Virus record (IMG/VR): IMGVR_UViG_3300009788_000125
Span: 1 to 51,765 of that record
Reading direction: 5' to 3' (one strand)
DNA length: 51,765 nucleotides
Source of the DNA: a virus
Lineage: Duplodnaviria; Caudoviricetes
Part shown: positions 33,922 through 43,197 of the stretch, in pieces
Layout of the letters: each line of letters begins with the position of its first letter
Position numbering within the stretch: the stretch's first letter is position 1
Translations under genes and position numbers: made by a program
Notes under the pieces: model-generated
What the model saw: only the letters and a program-made list of their open reading frames with translations
Databases searched by the model: none
Told to the model about the DNA's origin: nothing

Positions 33922-35328
33922 GTGCCGGCAACAGCCAAGGAGGTCGACGCCGCAGTCGCTGCATCCCTGGCGATCATGCGGGAGAGTCGGCGCCTGCTCA
34001 GAGAACAGCGCCGCGGGATTGTCAGGCGGTTCGAGCAGTTCCGGTTGCTGCTTGCCGACCTCACCGGGCCGACGCAATTCAGCGTCGAGCACCTCGCGTC
34101 GTTGCAGGCCAGCATCGACCAGGCCGTGGCACAGCTCACCAGGAACCTCCAGATCGAACTCAGGGCCGGCACGGAAGGGATGGCGCTGCTCGGCACGCAA
34201 TCCGTCATCGAGCCCGTCGCCGGGCTGAGTACCTTCGCGAAACTCCAGCTCGTAGACATCGCCAGGATCAGCGCACCGACAGTGGCGGTCAGCTTGAAGT
34301 TCAGCGCCGACCTGGTGCAGAAGATCACGAGCACCGTGCGAGCCGATATCAATGGCATCATCATGCGGAGCGTGGTGGGTGCCGACTTCGGACAGGGCGA
34401 GCAGGCGATACGAGGGGTGCTCACCAGGAACGGCATGCTCACCTACCAGACGCGTGCCGAGGCGATCTTCCGCACCGAGACCATGCGGGTCGGGAGCATG
34501 GCCAACGACGTGGCAGCCGATGCCCTTATCGACGCGGGCGCCGACCTGATCAAGATGTGGCGCTGGTCGGGGCAGAGCCGGCCGGGGCATGCCGCGATCG
34601 ACGGCCAGCTCCGCGAGCAGCACGAGATGTTCAACATGCCGACGGATCCGCACCAGACGAGCCTCAAGACCAACCCGACCGACTTCAACAAGGGCGAGCG
34701 GGCGAAGTGGCCTCGCTGGCCGGCGCTGAGTGCCGCGAACGGGATCAACTGCGGCTGCCAGGTGATCTGGCTCGAGCGGGAGGTGGCCCGGCGCATGGCA
34801 TCGAGGCAGGGCAGCACGCGCACGTTCGAGCGGGCGAGGCCCAGAACGGCAGCCAGTGGAGCGATCGTGGACCAGCGTGCACCGGGCGCACCCTCGACGC
34901 TGATCATTCCCCCCATCCTGGCGCCGGCACAGGTCCTGGCGTTCACCGGGCCGCAATCGGTAGCAGCCAGGGCCGCAGCCAGCCAGGCCGACGAGCTGTC
35001 CGCGGTGGCCTCGGCCAAGGCACGGGAGGTGCTCCTGGCCGTCCAGACCGAAGCCAGGAAGCAGGCCGAGGCCCTCGCTGCCGAGATAGCCAAGCGGGAC
35101 GCGGCGCAGGCGAAGCTGAGCCTGGCGTTCACGCGGCAGCACGATCTGTCCGCCAAGGCGGTGCTGGCTGGCGACGAGGTCGCGGCGAAGGCGGCTCGTG
35201 TCAAGATAGGGGGATCGCTCGATGAGGCGCTCGCGGCTGGAGTTATCGACGACGGTGCGCGTCGTTCCATGCTGGCCGTATTCGACAGCCAGGTGGATCT
35301 GGCAGCGGCCAATCGATCCACAGGTTGA
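33922..35328 (+). CDS. Head morphogenesis / minor capsid protein (Mu gpF/SPP1 gp7-like) with C-terminal extension
   Basis: RAEAIFRTET, KMWRWSG..RPGHAAIDGQ and INCGC motifs. Confidence 0.8.
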   Translation: MPATAKEVDAAVAASLAIMRESRRLLREQRRGIVRRFEQFRLLLADLTGPTQFSVEHLASLQASIDQAVAQLTRNLQIELRAGTEGMALLGTQSVIEPVAGLSTFAKLQLVDIARISAPTVAVSLKFSADLVQKITSTVRADINGIIMRSVVGADFGQGEQAIRGVLTRNGMLTYQTRAEAIFRTETMRVGSMANDVAADALIDAGADLIKMWRWSGQSRPGHAAIDGQLREQHEMFNMPTDPHQTSLKTNPTDFNKGERAKWPRWPALSAANGINCGCQVIWLEREVARRMASRQGSTRTFERARPRTAASGAIVDQRAPGAPSTLIIPPILAPAQVLAFTGPQSVAARAAASQADELSAVASAKAREVLLAVQTEARKQAEALAAEIAKRDAAQAKLSLAFTRQHDLSAKAVLAGDEVAAKAARVKIGGSLDEALAAGVIDDGARRSMLAVFDSQVDLAAANRSTG

Positions 35329-35354
35329 CATCGATGTGTGGCAGGACGTAACCT
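35325..35354 (+). promoter_or_regulatory. Sigma70-type promoter upstream of head genes
   Basis: TTGACA(35325)-18 bp-TAACCT(35349); lacks the GGCC operator. Confidence 0.55.
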
Positions 35355-35372
35355 GCAAGGGACGGAGGAATC

Positions 35373-35990
35373 ATGGGTCCAGGAACAGCAGCGGCAGCAG
35401 ACGTGCAATCGAATGCGCCGGAAGCCACCCCGAGCGTTCCCCATATCCCCGAGCTACAAGACGGCACGCCGAAGTATCGCAAGATCGGTGTCGAGCGAAT
35501 CAGCATGCACGGCATGCCTCGGAACTTCCCCGTCGAAAACATTCCCGACGAGGGAGAGGCTGCGGTCATCCACCGAGCCCTGGTCAAGTTCATGACCAAG
35601 GCGAAGCTGGAGATGACGGTCTCGACCAGGGATTACGTCACCGACCGGCATGGCAAGCGTAAGATCAGGCGCATCCGCACCGCCCGGCCGGCGACCCTCG
35701 ACGACGTGCTCGGGGCGACGCTGCACTTCGCATCGATGTCGGGGGCTCGCTACGGAAGGGACGACGTACACATCTCCTTCACCCTCGACGACGGTCAGAA
35801 TTTCGAGATCACTGTCGATGGCAAGCCGAAGCACACCTGCATCTTTTGTGGCGGGCACCAGATGCCGCAGAAGCTGAGCAGGGAGCGGGGTAACTTCCAT
35901 CAGGCGTGCCTCGCGGCGGCCGAGCTGGAAGAGCAACACAAGGAAGTGGCGATCCGAGACAAGGCGTTCGCCAAGGCCAAGTACCAGTAA
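35373..35990 (+). CDS. Hypothetical protein
   Basis: GGAGG RBS; C-terminal CIFC...HQAC. Confidence 0.65.
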   Translation: MGPGTAAAADVQSNAPEATPSVPHIPELQDGTPKYRKIGVERISMHGMPRNFPVENIPDEGEAAVIHRALVKFMTKAKLEMTVSTRDYVTDRHGKRKIRRIRTARPATLDDVLGATLHFASMSGARYGRDDVHISFTLDDGQNFEITVDGKPKHTCIFCGGHQMPQKLSRERGNFHQACLAAAELEEQHKEVAIRDKAFAKAKYQ

Positions 35991-36017
35991 CCAAGGGGTA
36001 GGCGGGGGAACACCCCG

Positions 36018-38429
36018 ATGAAGTTCGATGTAGCCGCACAGTTCCTCGAGAGCGTTGGCGGCAAGATTCGGGTCACCATCATCAAGCAGGGGCGCAGCAC
36101 CAACGGCGTCAACTGGCACGAGAAGGCATGCCGCAAGGTGGCCGACCTGATGGAAGGCGTAGCCGTCCGTGCGACGGCATTCGATACCGGCAAGGTCTCG
36201 AAGTTTTTCAATCACTTCCGGCGCTATACGATGGCGTTCCCTTGGGAGATTCAGAGGCAGATCCCCAAGTCGTTCCCGAACACGATTGTCGGGCAGGTCA
36301 CCAATCCGGTCTACATCGAGAACGCCAACCCGCCACGAGTCGACGCCGACTTCGAGATGACCGAGGACGCTGGCTGGTTGCGCAACATCATCGAGCTTGG
36401 GTTTAAGGTCGGCACGCAATGCCTCGGCCTGAGCGTCGACATGAAGGACGACGGCAGCGGGCACAACGACGACCCGCATCCGAGTTTTGCTAATGGACTT
36501 GACGTGGTACAGTTTCCCGGAGCCGGAGGCGGCTTCACGGCGATCCTAGAATCCTGGGATGGCCATTTTTCTTCAAGGGGTGGTGGAGGAGCGGCGGTGG
36601 AATTCTATGAACTCATCTGCAAGGCGCTCCCGGATCGCAGGGACGAGATCGAGAAGCTGATTCCCGAGGACAAGCGGGACGGTCTGACCTTCGCCATCCT
36701 GGAGAGTGTGGCGCCGGATATCGCAACGGCGCTGCAGGGAACGATTCCCGACAACACCGCCAGCGGCAAGAGCGGCGAGGGCGAGAAGACCAAGGGCGGC
36801 GAGCCCGAGGACGCCGCGGCCAAGGTGGCGCTGCTCGAAGCGGCGCACGGCAAGGGCGAGCACAAGGACAAGAAGAAGCGCAAGGGGTTCATGGAGTCGG
36901 GCTGCACGCATTGCGTCGCAGCCGACACGGCCGAGAAGGCTGCCCTGGGCGCAGCTAAAGCGGTCAGTGATGACGCCAACGCACGGATCGACACCATGCT
37001 GCTCGAGAGCGCCCTCAAGGACGTCGACGTGGGCGACACCTTCAAGGGCATGCTGCGGGCGCAGTTCGCCGGGCAGCGGTTCGACCCGGTGGCGTTCGAC
37101 ACGGCGCTCGGGGCGGTCAAGAAGGGCATCGCCTCGATAGGTCGGTCGGCGGCGGCTCCAGAGCCTGCCTACCTTGAGAGCGTGCCGGGTGAAGGCACCT
37201 CGGGCGACAAGGTCGTCCAGGCTGTCGACGACATGCTCTCCGAGGCACCGGGCCACCTGGGACCGCGGGCGATCTACCAGATGATCACGGGCGATGTGCT
37301 CATGCAGGGCCGCAAGCACTACCTGGCGTCGCTGCAGGGCAAGGCCAGCCTGGGGCTCCTGGAGAGCATCGACTTCGAGAAGCACAGTCCGTCCGTGATG
37401 GAGCGGGTCGCACGCGCTGGCAGCGCCGGCTACCTGGAAGCGATCATCTCCACCGGGTGGACCGGCCTGGTCACCGACCGCATGAACAAGCGGCTGGCGA
37501 AGCTGTACCGCGAGAGCAACCTCACCGATCACCTGATCTTCACCAAGGTCACGACGGTCAGCGACTTTAAGGTCCACCGTCGCGAGAAGTACGGTGAGTA
37601 CAACGACCTGAGCACCGTCGCTCAGGACGCCCTGTACTCGGGTGTGGCTCTCACCAGCCCGTCCGAGGACACGGAAGCCACCCTGCAGCTCGTCAAGAAG
37701 GGTGGATTCGACACGATCACCTGGGAAGCCGTTGTCGACGACGACCTGGGTGCGTTCACGCGGATCCCGAATCTCGCTGCGAAGGCTGCACGGCGCACCG
37801 AGTACAAGGCCGCGATGGACATCCTCGGCGGCAACGCCGCTATCTACACCACGAACAACCTGTTCGACGACACCAACCACGGCAACCTGCAGGCCCTGGC
37901 GTTGTCGGAGTCGACCCTCTGGGCGGCTCGCCGGAAGATGCGCGTCCAGCAGGACATCGACAGTCGCTTCGAGCTGGACCTGCGGCCTCGGTACGTGGTG
38001 CACGGCGTGGATGTCACCGAACTCGTCAACATCCTGGTCGCCTCGATGAACCGGCCGGGCTCGTTCCAGCCGGCAGCCGGGTTCGACGGGACGGCGAACA
38101 TCACCACGCAGGTCTCGACGGTGACGGCGGCGACGGCGGCGGTCAGCAACCCGAACGGCGAGCCGAACATCAACCAGCAGCGTGGCCTCATCCCCATCGA
38201 GGTTCCCTACTGGTCGGACTCGGATCGGGTCATTGTCCTGGCCGACGGCGCCGACGTCGAGTACCTCGAGATGATCAAGCTCGTGGGTCACGAGGACCCG
38301 GAGCTGTTCGTCCAGGACGTTCCCAACGTGGGGTCGTTCTTCGACCGCGACCGGATCACCTACAAGGTGCGCCACATCTACGATGTGGATGTCATCGACT
38401 ACCGAGGGTTCCAGGGAATCATTCCTTAA
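36018..38429 (+). CDS. Prohead protease-scaffold-major capsid polyprotein
   Basis: N-terminal protease motifs (FNH, GLSVD, DVV.FPGAGG), charged scaffold-like middle, C-terminal Mu gpT-like capsid (VSDFK, ITWEAVVDDDLGAF.RIP, PELFVQD.P..GS.F.RD.ITYKVRHIY, DYRG). Confidence 0.88.
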   Translation: MKFDVAAQFLESVGGKIRVTIIKQGRSTNGVNWHEKACRKVADLMEGVAVRATAFDTGKVSKFFNHFRRYTMAFPWEIQRQIPKSFPNTIVGQVTNPVYIENANPPRVDADFEMTEDAGWLRNIIELGFKVGTQCLGLSVDMKDDGSGHNDDPHPSFANGLDVVQFPGAGGGFTAILESWDGHFSSRGGGGAAVEFYELICKALPDRRDEIEKLIPEDKRDGLTFAILESVAPDIATALQGTIPDNTASGKSGEGEKTKGGEPEDAAAKVALLEAAHGKGEHKDKKKRKGFMESGCTHCVAADTAEKAALGAAKAVSDDANARIDTMLLESALKDVDVGDTFKGMLRAQFAGQRFDPVAFDTALGAVKKGIASIGRSAAAPEPAYLESVPGEGTSGDKVVQAVDDMLSEAPGHLGPRAIYQMITGDVLMQGRKHYLASLQGKASLGLLESIDFEKHSPSVMERVARAGSAGYLEAIISTGWTGLVTDRMNKRLAKLYRESNLTDHLIFTKVTTVSDFKVHRREKYGEYNDLSTVAQDALYSGVALTSPSEDTEATLQLVKKGGFDTITWEAVVDDDLGAFTRIPNLAAKAARRTEYKAAMDILGGNAAIYTTNNLFDDTNHGNLQALALSESTLWAARRKMRVQQDIDSRFELDLRPRYVVHGVDVTELVNILVASMNRPGSFQPAAGFDGTANITTQVSTVTAATAAVSNPNGEPNINQQRGLIPIEVPYWSDSDRVIVLADGADVEYLEMIKLVGHEDPELFVQDVPNVGSFFDRDRITYKVRHIYDVDVIDYRGFQGIIP

Positions 38430-38458
38430 CCCAACGGGGAACCGCACGCGATGTCAAC

Positions 38459-38495
38459 GGGGCGGTGGGCGGGATAGCCCGCCGCCCCTCTTTTT
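38459..38495 (+). terminator. Rho-independent terminator after the capsid gene
   Basis: ggggcggtgggc/gcccgccgcccc stem followed by TCTTTTT. Confidence 0.8.
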
Positions 38496-38507
38496 CATGG
38501 AGGCGAC

Positions 38508-38795
38508 ATGCACGGACCAGCATCCCCGTTCGAGGTCACGGCGACGGGAAACTACGCAGGAGCCACCGAACTGGCGTCGGCAAACGGGATCCTCTACGGC
38601 ATCACGGTCTCCGGCACCGGGGCGACGTCGGCGGTGGTCAAGAGCGGTGGATCGGGGGGCACAACCGTTGCCACCCTGCGGGCCCTGGCAGGCGACAGCA
38701 AGCAGTACTCGTGGCCCGAGGGGATTGTGGTGACGCACCCGGTGCACGTCACGCTGACCGGCACGGGGGTGGCCAGCACCGCGAGCATCGGCTGA
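38508..38795 (+). CDS. Small putative virion protein
   Basis: GGAGG RBS; Gly/Thr-rich beta-type sequence. Confidence 0.6.
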   Translation: MHGPASPFEVTATGNYAGATELASANGILYGITVSGTGATSAVVKSGGSGGTTVATLRALAGDSKQYSWPEGIVVTHPVHVTLTGTGVASTASIG

Positions 38796-38796
38796 C

Positions 38797-39552
38797 ATGG
38801 CACAGTGGGTCACCAGGGCGCAACTGAACGCCGCCGTCCAAGATGCGCTCGAACTGGCCACCCTGGCGCCAGCGATGACGCTGACCAGTGCGCAGAACGA
38901 AGTCCAGATCGACGGCGCTGTCGAGGAGTACTCCAGCGACAGGCCGCGAGAGCGCGTACACCGCATCACCGGGGACGGCACGGTGCGACGGTGGATCCTG
39001 GCCACTGAGATCGGCACAAGCTGGCAGGACGGGTTCAGCACGTTGCAGCAATTGCGCAAGCGCCTGATCGCTGACGCCAATGACGAAGGACGACTGGTCG
39101 AGCCAGAGGACTGGACGATGGTCGTGGAAGAGGACGGCGACGGCGTGCCGCAGGAAATCCTCATCCTGGGCACGGCGCCATCGGCTGACGACTATCTCTA
39201 CCTGACGTACACCACGATCCACGTTCTCGACGACGGGCCGACGCCGGACGTCAACACGATACCCCTGCGTGACCGCGAGGCTCTGTTCTGGCTGTCCAAC
39301 GCGCATGCCTGTATGTGGCTGGCTCAGAAGGCGAGCGACACGCTCGACGCCACTATCGAGGCCGACGCGGTCAACTGGAATTCCGTCGCCGGGCAGTTCC
39401 GCAGCCAGAGCAAGCGGTGGCGGGAGATGTACGAGCGGCACGTCCTGGGCGCCGACAAGCCGTCGCCGGCAGCCGGCAGTCGGCAGCGCGTCGAGGACAA
39501 GGACGCCAGGCATACCAGGGCGACACACTTCACCAGGTCGCGGCACATCTAA
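38797..39552 (+). CDS. Putative head-tail adaptor
   Basis: Position after the capsid gene, 251 aa; assignment rests mainly on synteny. Confidence 0.6.
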   Translation: MAQWVTRAQLNAAVQDALELATLAPAMTLTSAQNEVQIDGAVEEYSSDRPRERVHRITGDGTVRRWILATEIGTSWQDGFSTLQQLRKRLIADANDEGRLVEPEDWTMVVEEDGDGVPQEILILGTAPSADDYLYLTYTTIHVLDDGPTPDVNTIPLRDREALFWLSNAHACMWLAQKASDTLDATIEADAVNWNSVAGQFRSQSKRWREMYERHVLGADKPSPAAGSRQRVEDKDARHTRATHFTRSRHI

Positions 39553-40208
39553 TGGCGCAGGAAGCCATCATCGTTGACGTGCGTGGTGCCGTCAAGGCGA
39601 TGGACCGGCTGTCGGGACCCGAACTGCGGGACGGGGTCAACGGCCTGATCCGTGCGTTCGGGTCCAATATACTCGGAGTGATCCACGGAAAGGTGGTACG
39701 CAAGACGCCTGTCGCCCGAGGCAAGACCGCTGAGGGTGTGGTCATCGATCCCCTGAAAGCTGTCAACCCTGCGGCGCAGATCATCGAGTGGGGCGGACGG
39801 GTCGTGAACCCGTTGCCGCAGGCGCTGGCTCTGGAGAAGGGCAGGACGCCTGGCGAGAAGGCGCCACCGATGGCGGCGATCCGGAGGTGGGTCGAGCTAG
39901 GCATCCAGCAAGGCCGCATCGACATCGACGGCATCAAGGAGCGCAAGCTGGTCCCCGGCGCCCGCAAGGTCCGTGGGCGGCAGGCACGCACGGCCAGCCG
40001 GATCACTAAGAGCGAGGCGAAGGCCATCGACCGGGTCGCGTGGGCGATCAAGACCAAGATTGGGGAAAAGGGATTCCGGAAGCGTGACGGCTACCGGATG
40101 TTCCAGCGTGGGCTCAAGGCGTCGAGGTCGAACATTAAGCGTGGGGCGGTCAAGCTCACCGAGGACATCGCTGCGTTGATTGTCACCATCACCGGGAAGC
40201 CGGCATGA
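39552..40208 (+). CDS. Neck/tail-completion protein (HK97 gp10-like)
   Basis: TPVARG, ALEKGRTPG..PP..AI.RW, AWAIK.KI.EKG and MFQRG motifs; basic. Confidence 0.7.
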   Translation: MAQEAIIVDVRGAVKAMDRLSGPELRDGVNGLIRAFGSNILGVIHGKVVRKTPVARGKTAEGVVIDPLKAVNPAAQIIEWGGRVVNPLPQALALEKGRTPGEKAPPMAAIRRWVELGIQQGRIDIDGIKERKLVPGARKVRGRQARTASRITKSEAKAIDRVAWAIKTKIGEKGFRKRDGYRMFQRGLKASRSNIKRGAVKLTEDIAALIVTITGKPA

Positions 40209-41242
40209 CCGAGATCCTGCGGCTCAACTTCACGACGGCCACTGGCGAGGCGTTCGCCGGGTACGACAATGTGGATCCCTCGGAGGACTATCCGGTGATC
40301 ACCGGCGTGGACGGCCTGCAGCTTGCCGGCTGGAGCACGGCCGACCCGGTGACCGGGGCCAGGGATCAAGACAGCGGGTCGAGCCCGGACGAGCGATACG
40401 ACAGTGTGCACTTCCAGATCCCGGCCGACGGCGACGCCAAGTTCCAGATGCTGTTGCCAGCCGGCCTGTATCGGGCCCGAGTCGTGGTAGGCGAACCAGA
40501 CGCAGCAGGGTTCAATGGCGTGAGTATTTCGGTCGACAACGGGCAGACCGTGGTGTTCTGGGCAGGGACGGACGGCAACACGGCGGCGGCAGAGTGGAAG
40601 GACAAGACACTGACCTTCGAGGTGTCGGCAGCCAACGAGGCAGCGGGCGACAAGGCCAACCTGGTCATCGCCAGCACGGGCAGCGGTATCGAGTCGGCCC
40701 GCCTCGCGTTCCTGGTGGTCGAGAAGCTTGGTGAGCCAGCCAGCGAGACCACACTCATCGCGGCCATCAAGTCAGAGGTGGAAACAGTGGCGCTCGTAGG
40801 CCCTGTGTATTCCACTATCGTGGGTTTCTCTGGCGCCGGCCCCCTGCAGACCGCCGCTACGGTCACTCTGCCCGACGCCACCCAGCGCATGCGTCTGGTG
40901 ATGATCAAGCACCATCAGGAGCGCAAGCCGTACAGCAACGGCACGGACGAGATTGTCCACCAGGTCGCCCTCCAGGTCCTCCAGGCAAAGTCGAGCGATA
41001 CGGATGGCACGGTACAGAGCGAGGAGGAGGTTCGGGCTACCGCCGATCAGATTATGGCAATACTGAGCGACGACAAGCCGGGGTCCGCAATGGGGGTCGC
41101 CGTCGGTGCTGGATGGTTGGGTGCGCATCCAGACAACGGTCTACCGCAGCAGAGCGAAATCGAAATGATAGAGTGGCAAGGAGTGACCTGGCATCGAGCC
41201 ACGGTCACTATCCGCGTGTCGGAAGAGGTCGACAGATCATAA
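40205..41242 (+). CDS. Putative tail terminator fused to an N-terminal beta-sandwich (carbohydrate-binding-like) domain
   Basis: Directly precedes the tail tube gene; C-terminal half is terminator-sized; N-terminal ~175 aa aligns by eye with domains in the last ORF. Confidence 0.6.
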   Translation: MTEILRLNFTTATGEAFAGYDNVDPSEDYPVITGVDGLQLAGWSTADPVTGARDQDSGSSPDERYDSVHFQIPADGDAKFQMLLPAGLYRARVVVGEPDAAGFNGVSISVDNGQTVVFWAGTDGNTAAAEWKDKTLTFEVSAANEAAGDKANLVIASTGSGIESARLAFLVVEKLGEPASETTLIAAIKSEVETVALVGPVYSTIVGFSGAGPLQTAATVTLPDATQRMRLVMIKHHQERKPYSNGTDEIVHQVALQVLQAKSSDTDGTVQSEEEVRATADQIMAILSDDKPGSAMGVAVGAGWLGAHPDNGLPQQSEIEMIEWQGVTWHRATVTIRVSEEVDRS

Positions 41243-41260
41243 GGGGCGGAGGAAGATCGC

Positions 41261-42355
41261 ATGGGCAACACGGGCGGCTGGACACTAGCAATGAAAAAGA
41301 AGGCCACGGCCAGTGGCTGGACCAACGCGGCCGTCAGCGTGAACAACGCCAGCGACGCGTTCCTCGCCCGCTCGGAAGGGATCCCCGCTGGTCTCCCCGA
41401 GGGCGTCGAGGACTTCAATATCGGACAGACGGCGGTCGGCGCCGAGTACTGGACGAACCACAACCTCGAAGGGTCTCTCGGAGAGCTGGCCGCGAGGTAT
41501 GAGGGCGTCGAGAAGTTCTTGGCTCAGGTCGCGGGCGAGGACACGGCCGACGTCGAGGCGGTCACGGCCTACCGGCACACCGCACGGATGCTGTTCAGCA
41601 ACGTCGGGCAGTTCGTCACCATCGCCAAGGACACAGGCGTCAGCATCAGCGAGGTCCCGGCAGCCCGCATCACCGGCTACGAACTCAAGCTGGCCGACCG
41701 CATGGTCACGATTGCGCCGAACTTCGTCGGCAACCGGTTGATCAACCCGGCAACGGTCAACACCACGCTGGCCGCGGCGACGCCGCCGAGCAGCAAGCTG
41801 GCCCTGCTGTTCAACAGTCTGGTGTTCCGGATGAACGCACAGAGCGGCAGCGCCCTGGCGAGTCCGACCGACGACCTCCTGATGAGCGACTTCGGCATCT
41901 CCTGGGATCGCCGGCAGACGGCGACACCCGTCAACCGTTCCGACGGCACGCCCGACGAGCCCGAGAGCGACGGCGGTGCGCCGGAAGGGACCGTGCGCTT
42001 GGTGTTCCCGAACCTGGCAGCGGCGCACGAGGTGTTCCTGACCAGCAATCTGGCAGTCAGTGTGGCGGAGAAAACTCCCTACAAGGCCGACTTCACTTTC
42101 ACGGGGCCGGACATCACCGGGTCGACTGGCCCTGTGCAGTTCCTTGGCATCTGGGAATTCCCGAAGCTGGTCGTCCGGAGTTTCAGTTCGCCTGGCTCGG
42201 GACCGCTGGCCAAGGTTCCCGTCACAATCGAGATGGGCATCCTGACGCCGGACACCGCACCCGCAGGCATGACGTGGGCGTTCGCTTCCGGCCAGGGGTA
42301 TCCGATGCGGACTCAGGTGCTCAACGAGAACACCATCGTCGAGGCCAGCGCGTAA
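41261..42355 (+). CDS. Major tail tube protein
   Basis: 364 aa between neck genes and chaperone/tape measure; no sheath gene seen. Confidence 0.7.
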   Translation: MGNTGGWTLAMKKKATASGWTNAAVSVNNASDAFLARSEGIPAGLPEGVEDFNIGQTAVGAEYWTNHNLEGSLGELAARYEGVEKFLAQVAGEDTADVEAVTAYRHTARMLFSNVGQFVTIAKDTGVSISEVPAARITGYELKLADRMVTIAPNFVGNRLINPATVNTTLAAATPPSSKLALLFNSLVFRMNAQSGSALASPTDDLLMSDFGISWDRRQTATPVNRSDGTPDEPESDGGAPEGTVRLVFPNLAAAHEVFLTSNLAVSVAEKTPYKADFTFTGPDITGSTGPVQFLGIWEFPKLVVRSFSSPGSGPLAKVPVTIEMGILTPDTAPAGMTWAFASGQGYPMRTQVLNENTIVEASA

Positions 42356-42394
42356 TAGCTCGGCGCAAGCGAATGCGCCATGCAGGAGGGGTAC

Positions 42395-42850
42395 ATGGAA
42401 CGCAAGGAAATCGAAGCCGGTATCGAGCTGGTCGATCCGGACGAGCAGCTCGTCTACCAGCTCGGCACGGCGACCATCTTCTATCGACGGATCAGCCTCG
42501 ACGACCAGGCGGCGCTGCGCAAGAAGTACAAGCCGAAACAGCGTCGCGTCGTGCGGCGGCAGGCTCAGGAGGAGGAGGAATCGAACACCGCACTGAGCCG
42601 GGCCATGCTGAAATACATCGTCACCGGGTGGGAGGGCATCACGTTCCGTGGGTCCCTTGTGCCGTGTACCGACGATCCGATCACCATCGATAGCAAGCTG
42701 TTCCCGAACGGGACCAAGGTCATCCTCCCGGCCGACACCATTGCGGACCTGCTCGAAGCGGCGACGGCTGAGCAGGGTGTCAAGCGGGAGGCGGATCAGA
42801 AGGCAGAACAAGAAGTAAAAGAGATGCCCGCGATTTCGTCCGACGGCTGA
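42395..42850 (+). CDS. Tail assembly chaperone (gpG-like)
   Basis: Between tube and tape measure; IVTGWEGI motif; GGAGG RBS. Confidence 0.75.
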   Translation: MERKEIEAGIELVDPDEQLVYQLGTATIFYRRISLDDQAALRKKYKPKQRRVVRRQAQEEEESNTALSRAMLKYIVTGWEGITFRGSLVPCTDDPITIDSKLFPNGTKVILPADTIADLLEAATAEQGVKREADQKAEQEVKEMPAISSDG

Positions 42851-43197
42851 TTTCCATCGAGGAATATCAGGGCGAGACATGCGGGCCGTGTATCGAGGAC
42901 CAGGAAGAGCATGACTATGAGATCGACTGCACCGGCTGCCAGCTATGGAAGCTGCACCTCGCAGACTTCGAGGACCCGCACCCGCTCGTCGACGAGGCGT
43001 GGTTCTTGTACCAGGAACTCAGCAAGCCGAGCGTCGAGAGATTCGGACTCCGCGACCAGATACTTGCCGAGAGCGGGTACAACATCGCGGGGCGGGACAG
43101 GTTCTTGCTGGATCTGATCGACATCTTCGAGGAAGAGCGGCTGGCGTGGCGGGAGCGTGAGCAAGCAACACAGCAGGCGGCGGCGACGGGGAAATAA
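42772..43197 (+). CDS. -1 frame extension of the tail chaperone (gpGT-like), probably reached by programmed frameshift
   Basis: The -1 frame is open from 42772 to TAA at 43197, abutting the tape measure start; contains CGPC...CTGC; no convincing start of its own. Confidence 0.65.
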   Translation, partial: AGCQAGGGSEGRTRSKRDARDFVRRLISIEEYQGETCGPCIEDQEEHDYEIDCTGCQLWKLHLADFEDPHPLVDEAWFLYQELSKPSVERFGLRDQILAESGYNIAGRDRFLLDLIDIFEEERLAWREREQATQQAAATGK

